Positions 55,657 to 64,000 of a stretch of 64,000 nucleotides of DNA are shown piece by piece. Every line of letters begins with the position of its first letter. Within the stretch, counting starts at the first letter, position 1. The position numbers and the translations under genes are program-made. The notes under the pieces are model-generated. The model saw only the letters and a program-made list of their open reading frames with translations. It was not told the DNA's origin and ran no database searches. Source of the stretch: Micrococcales bacterium (GTDB lineage: Bacteria > Actinomycetota > Actinomycetes > S36-B12 > UBA10799); contig JADKAV010000028.1 of assembly GCA_016719135.1 (NCBI GenBank), positions 3,351-67,350 of the forward strand. The letters run 5' to 3'.

Positions 55657-56523
55657 GTGGAATCAGTGGTGACGATCGGTGTCTTCGACGGTGTCCATCT
55701 CGGCCACCAGGCGCTGATCGGACACTGCGTTGAAATCGCTCGCGCCAACGGTCTGCGCTCGATCGCGGTCACTTTCGATCCGAATCCCCTGGAAGTCCTG
55801 CGCCCGGACGTCGCTCCCACCAGACTGTGCGAGATCGACCGTCGGGTGGACCTGATCCGAGCGCTGGGCATCGACCAGGTTGAGGTGCTGGCGTTCGATC
55901 CGGACATGGCAGCGATGAGTGCTCAGCAGTTCGTGGAGGATGTGTTGCTGAAGCGGCTCAAGGCCGAACACGTCGTCATCGGACACGGCTTCCGCTTCGG
56001 CCACAAGGCCGCGGGCTCGGCGGACACGTTGCGTTCCGGTGGCCTGAGCGTCGACGAATACTCCCTGGTGGGCGACCAGCAGCCGGTCTCCTCCACCCGG
56101 ATTCGGTCGGCGGTGGCCGCCGGCGACGTCGTCCTGGCCGCGGGCATGCTCGGCCGCAGCCCCGAGGTGGAAGGTGTCGTGGAAGCCGGTCAGAAGCGAG
56201 GACGGGACCTCGGGTTCCCCACCGCGAACATCGCACATCACCGGCTGGCCGCGGTACCCGCGGACGGGGTGTACGCGGGCACGGCCACGGTCGGCGATCG
56301 GTCGTACATCGCCGCCATCAGCGTGGGCACGAACCCCACTTTCGAGGGCGTGCGGCGGACCGTCGAGGCGTACCTGCTCGACTTCGACGGCGATCTGTAC
56401 GGCCAGCGTCTGCGGGTCGGATTCACCGCGCGCCTGCGGGACACGCTGGCCTTCGGCGGCGTCGAGCAGTTGGTGGCCCAGATGGAGGCTGACGTTGCTC
56501 ACACGCGCCGGGTCATGACGTGA
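55657..56523 (+). CDS. ribF: bifunctional riboflavin kinase/FAD synthetase (5' end uncertain)
   Basis: VVTIGVFDGVHLGHQALI, GHGFRFGHKAAG, SSTRIRSAVAAGD, GRDLGFPTANI and VEAYLLDFDGDLYG. Confidence 0.85.
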   Translation: MESVVTIGVFDGVHLGHQALIGHCVEIARANGLRSIAVTFDPNPLEVLRPDVAPTRLCEIDRRVDLIRALGIDQVEVLAFDPDMAAMSAQQFVEDVLLKRLKAEHVVIGHGFRFGHKAAGSADTLRSGGLSVDEYSLVGDQQPVSSTRIRSAVAAGDVVLAAGMLGRSPEVEGVVEAGQKRGRDLGFPTANIAHHRLAAVPADGVYAGTATVGDRSYIAAISVGTNPTFEGVRRTVEAYLLDFDGDLYGQRLRVGFTARLRDTLAFGGVEQLVAQMEADVAHTRRVMT

Positions 56524-56671
56524 GCTGACGGGTCCTCCTCGCATCGGAGTCGTACGGCCGTCCTTTCGACTCCCAATCCCGGTTCGACTCCCCGCTGCCG
56601 TTCCGGCGAGTGCACGGATGCTGTGCTAGGAGCCCGCTTCGGGTCCGCACACCCCGAGAAGCAGCACATTT

Positions 56672-57060
56672 CTAGTCAGTACGAGGTTTGCGGGATCCGG
56701 CCCTCATCAGGCCAAATCCGTTCTGGTGCGGGTCGGGTGTCGCGTGGTCCAGGTCGGTGCCCCAAAGCGCACCTGGGAGCGGGCGAACTCCTCCGAGTCA
56801 GGTACGTTGCCTGCTGAGATTCGCTCACGGCACGCTCGAGGCAGGTTGAGATGCCCCGGTGGACCAGCCGAATTCCGTGATCCATATCGGCATGGTGAGC
56901 CGCCAGTCCGACTCCCCGCTCCAGGACCGGGTGGTCAACCCGGTCCGCACCCCACCGTGCCATGTCGGCGGCGGTCCACCGGTCAGAGCCGGACCCTGCC
57001 TCTCACCGCACCCGAAATACCCCACCCGCTACACTGGGACCACGGCTACTGAACGGACGC
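56672..57060 (-). pseudogene. remnant of a glycoside hydrolase (C-terminal third only, with at least 2 frame changes)
   Basis: Minus-strand pieces in three frames: MPIWITEFGWSTG, then CLERAVSESQQATYLTR, then ALWGTDLDHATPDPHQNGFGLMRAGSRKP with a stop. The ITEFGW nucleophile motif and the FGL...KP tail are typical of clan GH-A enzymes. The fragment is truncated by rpsO. Confidence 0.45.
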
Positions 57061-57106
57061 TCGGTAGCCGCCATGTTTTGCGTCCGCGTAGATCCAAGGA
57101 ACATCA

Positions 57107-57370
57107 ATGGATACTGCCACCAAGCAGAAGATCATCGGCGAGTACGCCACGGCTGACGGCGACACCGGCAGCCCCGAGGTTCAGGTAGCTCTTCTGAGCC
57201 ACCGGATCTCCCACCTCACCGAACACCTCAAAGAGCACAAGCACGATCACCACAGCCGCCGCGGACTGCTGCTGCTCGTTGGTCGTCGTCGCCGACTGCT
57301 CGACTACCTGGCCCGCACCGACATCGAGCGCTACCGTGCGCTGATCGCGCGGCTGGGTATCCGTCGATAA
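57107..57370 (+). CDS. rpsO: 30S ribosomal protein S15
   Basis: [51 protein letters not shown]. Confidence 0.9.
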   Translation: MDTATKQKIIGEYATADGDTGSPEVQVALLSHRISHLTEHLKEHKHDHHSRRGLLLLVGRRRRLLDYLARTDIERYRALIARLGIRR

Positions 57371-57377
57371 CCTGATC

Positions 57378-57405
57378 GGGGGGAGTGGCGCAGGCTGCTC
57401 CCCCC
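57378..57405 (+). terminator. GC-rich hairpin between rpsO and pnp (terminator/attenuator or RNase III processing stem)
   Basis: GGGGGGAG-tggcgcaggctg-CTCCCCCC, 8 nt after the rpsO stop. There is no U-tract. Regulatory hairpins between rpsO and pnp are known in E. coli and Streptomyces. Confidence 0.4.
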
Positions 57406-57525
57406 GAGTCTTACCACCCAACGGGGCCGCATTGCACGCCTCGGTCCTCGGTGGTGATGGCCCGCACTGCGGACCATCTCGATCGAAGACCGGCGCCTGC
57501 GGCCCCCTCAACAAAAGGAGGGCCC

Positions 57526-59726
57526 ATGGAGGGTTCCAACATTGAAAGCGCCGAGACCGTTCTGGACAACGGTCCGTTCGGCACCCGCACCATCCGATTC
57601 GAGACCGGGCGCCTAGCGCGCCAAGCGGCCGGCTCGGCCGTCGCCTACCTCGACGGCGACACCATGTTGCTGTCGGCGACCACCGCCGGCAAGCACCCCA
57701 AAGAGCAGTTCGACTTCTTCCCCTTGACTGTCGACGTCGAGGAGCGGATGTACGCAGCCGGGCGCATCCCCGGTTCGTTCTTCCGCCGTGAAGGCCGCCC
57801 CAGCGAGGACGCGATCCTGACCTGCCGCCTCATCGACCGGCCGCTGCGCCCGACGTTCGTCAAGGGCCTGCGCAACGAGGTCCAGGTCGTCATCACCATC
57901 CAGTCGCTGAATCCGGATCACCCCTACGACGTGCTGGCGATCAACGCCGCGTCGATGTCGACCCAGCTGTCCGGCTTGCCGTTCAGCGGCCCGATCGGCG
58001 CCGTGCGTGTGGCACTCATCGGTGAGCGCTGGGTTGCGTTCCCCAGTCACTCGCAGCTCGAAGAGGCCGTGTTCGACATGGTCGTCGCGGGCCGTGTGGT
58101 CGGTGACGACGTGGCCATCATGATGGTCGAGGCCGAGGCGACCGAGTCCGCGGTGGAGTTGGTGCGCGGAGGTTCGCCGGCCCCGACCGAGACCGTCGTC
58201 TCGGAGGGTCTGGATGCGGCCAAGCCGTTCATCCGCCAGCTGTGCGAGGCGCAGTCCGACCTCGCGGGCGTGCGGGCAAGGAGACCCACGAGTTCCGGTA
58301 TTCCTGGAGTTCAGGACGACGCGTACGAGGCCGTCGAAGCCGCGACCAGCGACAAGTTGGCCCAGGCGCTGACGATCGTCGACAAGCAGGAGCGTGAGAC
58401 CGCCCTTGACGCGATCAAGGCCGGCGTCTCCGAAGCAGCTCGCCGAGCAGTTCGAAGGCCGTGAGAAGGGGAGATCGGCGGGGCCCTGCGTGCGGTCACT
58501 AAGAAGCAGATGCGTCAGCGCATCCTGCGCGATCACGTCCGCATCGACGGCCGTGGGCTGTCGGACATCCGCGCACTGTCTGCCGAGGTCGACGTGATCC
58601 CGCGGGCACACGGTTCGGCATTGTTCGAGCGCGGCGAGACCCAGATCCTGGGCGTCACCACGCTGAACATGTTGCGCATGGAACAGCAGTTGGACACGTT
58701 GAGCCCCATGACGCGCAAGCGCTACATGCACAACTACAACTTCCCGCCGTACTCGACTGGTGAGACTGGTCGAGTGGGAAGCCCGAAGCGCCGCGAAATC
58801 GGCCACGGAGCACTGGCCGAGCGGGCGCTGGTTCCCGTGCTGCCCAGTCGTGAAGACTTCCCGTACGCGATCCGTCAGGTGTCCGAGGCCCTCGGGTCCA
58901 ACGGATCCACCTCGATGGGTTCGGTGTGTGCCTCCACGCTGGCACTGCTCAACGCCGGTGTGCCCCTGAAGGCGCCGGTCGCGGGTATCGCCATGGGCCT
59001 TGTCTCCGACAACGTGGATGGGAGATGCAGTACGTCGCGCTGACCGACATCCTGGGTGCAGAGGACGCCTTCGGCGACATGGACTTCAAGGTTGCCGGCA
59101 CGCGCGAGTTCGTCACTGCGCTGCAACTGGACACCAAGCTCGATGGCATTCCGGCCAGCGTGTTGGCGGGTGCCCTGGAGCAAGCCCGCGACGCCCGCAT
59201 GACCATCCTGGACGTCATGTCCGAGGCCATCGACGGCCCCGACGAGATGAACGCCCTGGCACCGCGGGTCATCTCGATCACGGTTCCGGTCGACAAGATC
59301 GGTGCGGTGATCGGGCCGAAGGGTCAGATCATCAACCAGATCCAGGACGACACCGGCGCCGACATCACGATCGAGGATGACGGCACCATCTATATCGGTG
59401 CGACCAACGGTGACGCCGCCGAGCAGGCACGCGCCATGATCAACGGCATCGCGAACCCGCAGATGCCCGAGATCGGCGAGCGCTACCTCGGCACAGTCGT
59501 GAAGACGACCAACTTCGGCGCGTTCGTGTCGCTGGTCCCCGGTAAGGACGGACTGCTGCACATCAGCGAGGTGAAGAAACTGGTCGGTGGCAAGCGGATC
59601 GAGAGTGTGGACGACGTCGTGAAGGTCGGCGACAAGATCCGGGTCGAGATCAAGGACATCGACGACCGCGGCAAGCTGAGCCTGGCGCCGGTACTCGACG
59701 AGGCTGAGGAGTCAGACTCCGAGTGA
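57526..59726 (+). pseudogene. pnp: polyribonucleotide nucleotidyltransferase (PNPase), reading frame disrupted as sequenced
   Basis: AAAGGAGG precedes the start [10 protein letters not shown]. The RNase PH domains, KH domain and S1 domain ([15 protein letters not shown]) are recognisable but split over ORFs 57385-58464, 58394-58597, 58510-59043 and 58926-59726. Confidence 0.85.
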
Positions 59727-60970
59727 GCCCCCGCTCCCAGGTGGTTCTGCGCGACCCCGGGGGGATCACGGTGCACCGCACTGACGATTCCCTCAGGGCC
59801 TCGTGTCTACACCGGTCATCCCGGCCGTCCGGTCGGTCACGATGGGTGTGTGGGTGCCGGTCGGTTCGCGGCGTCAAGCCCCGTCGACCTCTGGCGCCGC
59901 ACTTCCTCGGATCACCTGCTGTTCAAGGGCACGGAACGCCGGTCGGCGCTGGACATCGCCGCCGCCGTGGAAAGTGTTGGCGGCGAGATCAATGCCTTCA
60001 CCACGAAGGAATACACCTGCTACCACGTGCGGTTGCTCGACGAGCACCTCGATGTGGCCGTGGATGTGCTCGCCGACATGCTGGGGCAGTCCCTGCTCCG
60101 GGCCTCCGACATCGAATCCGAGCGTGCCGTGGTGCTCGAGAGATCGCGATGAGCGAGGACGTCGCTCGACCTCGCTCGCACCGAACTCGGGCCCGCCTGT
60201 TCGCTGGACATCCGCTCGGAACTTCGGTGGCGGGTACGGTCGACACTGTCATTTCGATGGTCGGCGCTTCCATCAAGCGGCACTACCGGCGTTACTACAC
60301 CCCGGACAACTATGTGATCACCGCGGTGGGCAGTGCTTCACACCGCCGCGTCGTGTCGCTGGTGCAAGCAGGGCCTTCAGCCAGTCGGAGGCGCCGGTGC
60401 GCCCACCCAAACAGAGCCCCCGCGCTGCCAAGCCGTCCCGCCGCACGTCTCGCGGGCTTTTGAACAGATCCAACCTCTTGCGCGGTTACCCTGGTATCGC
60501 CCGAAACGAGGCCGCCGTTACGCCATGGCGGTTCACCGATCCTCGGCGGCGGAATGTCCAGTCGGCTGTTCCAGGAAGTGCGCGAACGTCGCGTGGTCTG
60601 GCGTACACCGTCGCCGCGTTCCGCTCCAGCTACAGCGACGCCAGGATCTTCGGCGTGCACGGCTGCGCCCCGGAAAACTGGATCAGACCCGCGGGTCATC
60701 GATACCGTCCTGCTGAAGCCCGCCGGCATCTCCGAGGAAGAGGTCGCAGCTGCGAAGAACCAGGTCAAGGGCCAGATGGTCCTGGATCTCGAGGATCCGG
60801 GTATGCGTCTGATGCGTCTCGGAACCCGGGCTCTGTTCGGGGAGAGAATCATCGCGCTGAACGAGGGGCTTAAGAAAGTCGAGGCCGTGAGCGCTGTCGA
60901 AGTGACTGACCTGGCGCAGGAGATTCTCTCTGGTCCGGCGGTGGACGTCGTCGTCGGTCCGCAGCGGTAG
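59723..60970 (+). pseudogene. M16 family zinc peptidase (pitrilysin-like), heavily frameshifted as sequenced
   Basis: Fragments lie in all three frames: PAVRSVTMGVWVPVGSR; HLLFKGTERRSALDIAAAVESVGGEINAFTTKEYTCY; IKRHYRRYYTPDNYVITAVG; SSRLFQEVRE; GLAYTVAAF; KNQVKGQMVLDLEDPGMRLMRLG. GTGA overlap with pnp. Confidence 0.75.
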
Positions 60971-60987
60971 GTATGGGAGGCGCAACC

Positions 60988-62084
<1,097 letters not shown>

Positions 62085-62171
62085 TTCCAGCACCTTCGGA
62101 AGGTGGGTCTGCTCATCGGAAAGGAGTGTTGATTGGTGGGCTGGCCGAGAGGTGTCTGCTACGGTCCCGAT

Positions 62172-63120
62172 GTGCAGCCCACGCTGAGCGTCGTGATACC
62201 CACTCACCACCGGGCGCGGACCCTGGCGCAGATGATCGGGCCGTTGCTCGCCGATGAGGCGGTGACCGAGGTCGTGATTGTCGTCGACGGTTTGGACGCG
62301 CGGACCTTGGCCGTCCTCGAGGCTGTGCCGAATGTACAGCGGAGGTTGCGATGGTCGGTCCTGGAGCCGAACCAGGGACTTGTGCGTGCGAAATCCAACG
62401 GCATCACGCTCGCGAGAGGTGACATCGTCCTTATGCTGGATGATGATGTGCGGCTCCCCGCGGGTTGGCCTCAGGACATGTCGCGCATCAGCAGCAGCGG
62501 GATCACCTGGTCGTGGTGGGATCCATGCATGTGGACCTCGGACTACGCCGTCGCATGCTTGACCGGGTCGTGGCCCGCAACTACGAGGGCCTACGCGACC
62601 GACGTCGCCGGCTACGTGTCGAACCCAGAGGAATCCTCGACGGTCTGTGGAGCCAGCAACGTGTCCATGCCGAGGCGGATCTGATGGCAATGCAACCGAG
62701 ATCCCGAGGTACACCATGTTCGCCCATGAGGACAAGCACCTGGGCCTGGTGGCCAAGCGCCATGGAATGACGGCCGTCTTCGACCCCAGCCTCGCGGCGG
62801 AGCATCTCTACATGAAGGGCTGGGCTGGCATGCTCAGGGATGCCGAGGCGTCCGGCCGTGCGCAGCGTGTCCTAAGCGAGATTCATCCGCATCTCGGTCC
62901 CTTCGACGCCGAGGGGATCCCCGAACCCCTCAACCCGCTTGTGGCGCGAGCCGTATTAGCCTCCGACCATCCCCAGGTCCGACGCGTAGAACTGGACTCA
63001 TTGCGGGTCGCAACATGGGTCAGTGAAGCGGTGGGTGCCCACCGAACCGCAGAGCGGCTGGCGTTCACTGCAGCCCAGATCACACGACGCCGGGGGAGGC
63101 GGCGAATCCTGTCGAGGTGA
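62172..63120 (+). pseudogene. family 2 glycosyltransferase, at least 4 frame changes as sequenced
   Basis: LSVVIPTHHRARTL...GDIVLMLDDDV (GT-A fold, DxD) in one frame. LVVVGSMHV, GASNVSM and FAHEDKHLGLVAKRHGMTAVFDPSLAAEHLY are in other frames. Confidence 0.65.
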
Positions 63121-63314
63121 GTGATCGGGTGCCGACGAGCCAGCGTTCACGCGAGGTCAGATGTCCCAGCCCGGCCGCCGCGAGTCTCCTGAGGATCTGT
63201 GGGAGCGGATGATCGCGAACCAGCACGGGAGCGGATCGGAGTGTGGAGCGCACATGGGTGGGGGCCGCACCTTCGAGGCGGCCCACCGTGCTAAGTGGAT
63301 TCAGTCCTTGCTAG

Positions 63315-64000
63315 TTACCTGAGGATCCAGGACTTGCGCCAGGTGTTCGGCTTCCAGGTGTCCTTGTAACCCTTCTTCGGCTTGCTCCGGACAATCACCG
63401 TGACCTTGACCTTGTCGTAGCCGCGGGTCTTCACCCGGATCTTGCCCTTCTTGGTGACCTTCGTGTCACAGAAGGCCTTCTCACCGGCGGCGTTGCTGGC
63501 CAGCGGCCGGCACAGCACGACGGGCTTGAGCCTTGCCGCAACTGCTATTAGTTTTGATCTTCTTGACGATCACCCGGTTGCCGACCTTCGTTGGCTTCGG
63601 CTTCACCAAAGTAACCGTGATCGGACAGATCCGCTTAGCAGCCACCGGGCTGACCTGCGTCACCGTGACCGTCTTGCTGTCGGTGGCGGTGACCTCCTGG
63701 CCGGTGTTGTCCCTACCGGTGGCCAGCGCGGTGTTCTCGGTGGTCACCTGCAAGGTGGTGGTGCAGGTGAACGTCCAGACCTCTTTGAGGCCCAGCTTGC
63801 CATTGTTGTCGGCGTCACCGGACGTGTAGTCCACCGGGGCGCACTTGTCGTCGGTGACCTTCACGTTCAGCAACTCGGTGTCACCGGTGTTGCTCACCTC
63901 GTAGGTGTAGGTGACGCTTTCACCGACTGTCACGGATGAGGCCGAGGCGGTCTTGACCACCTTCATGCCGGGCTTGGGCACCTTGACGGTGACCTCGTCC
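63315..64000 (-). pseudogene. DUF11 (conserved repeat domain) cell-surface protein; C-terminal part, 5' end outside the window, frameshift near 63500-63520
   Basis: SVTVGESVTYTYEVSNTGDTELLNVKVTDDKCAPV is the typical DUF11 repeat. The Lys-rich C-terminal region continues in ORF 63315-63518. G+C is visibly lower than in the rest of the window. Confidence 0.6.

Overview
High-GC (about 70%) actinobacterial chromosome segment. It carries the conserved translation and cell-division backbone in the same order I recall from Mycobacterium and Streptomyces. Gene order: recG (3' end)-rsmD-coaD-coiled-coil protein-yceD-rpmF-rnc-mutM; small ORF; GNAT (minus strand); smc-ftsY; amtB-glnK-glnD; ffh; rpsP-KH protein-rimM-trmD-rplS-lepB-rnhB-DUF2469-dprA-xerC-WhiG/FliA-type sigma; ZIP transporter and M23 peptidase; rpsB-tsf-pyrH; feoA-feoB-FeoC-like; DUF2804, tesB and a CDF exporter (minus strand); frr-cdsA-rlmN-dxr-M50 protease-ispG-GNAT-proS; PQQ sugar dehydrogenase and two ferritin-like proteins (minus strand); rimP-nusA-ylxR-infB-DUF503-rbfA-nrnA-truB-ribF; rpsO-pnp-M16 peptidase-dapB; small membrane protein; GT2 glycosyltransferase; DUF11 surface protein (minus strand, runs off the window). 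I recognised no rRNA, tRNA, CRISPR array, transposase, prophage or defence genes, and I found no convincing novel multi-gene system. Five things are unusual. (1) A roughly 1.8-kb block at 5867-7685 is about 90% G+C, almost free of T, and full of G10-G14 and C12 runs. (2) A G15 and a C7-G38-C-G34 tract lie between ftsY and amtB. (3) More than 35 single-nucleotide indels, mostly in short G or C runs, disrupt essential genes (glnD, ffh, rimM, trmD, pnp, dapB and others). They are tightly clustered and largely frame-compensating, while about 32 kb (21.2-53.5 kb) looks clean. (4) A family of roughly 110-160-bp elements is built from three GTTGGAG sub-repeats facing three CTCCAAC sub-repeats. (5) A 163-182-bp tandem repeat with nested palindromes lies upstream of tesB. 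Items 1-3 are most economically explained by sequencing or assembly error, and the raw reads should be checked before any biological reading. All indel positions come from manual translation and are approximate (about +/-5 nt).
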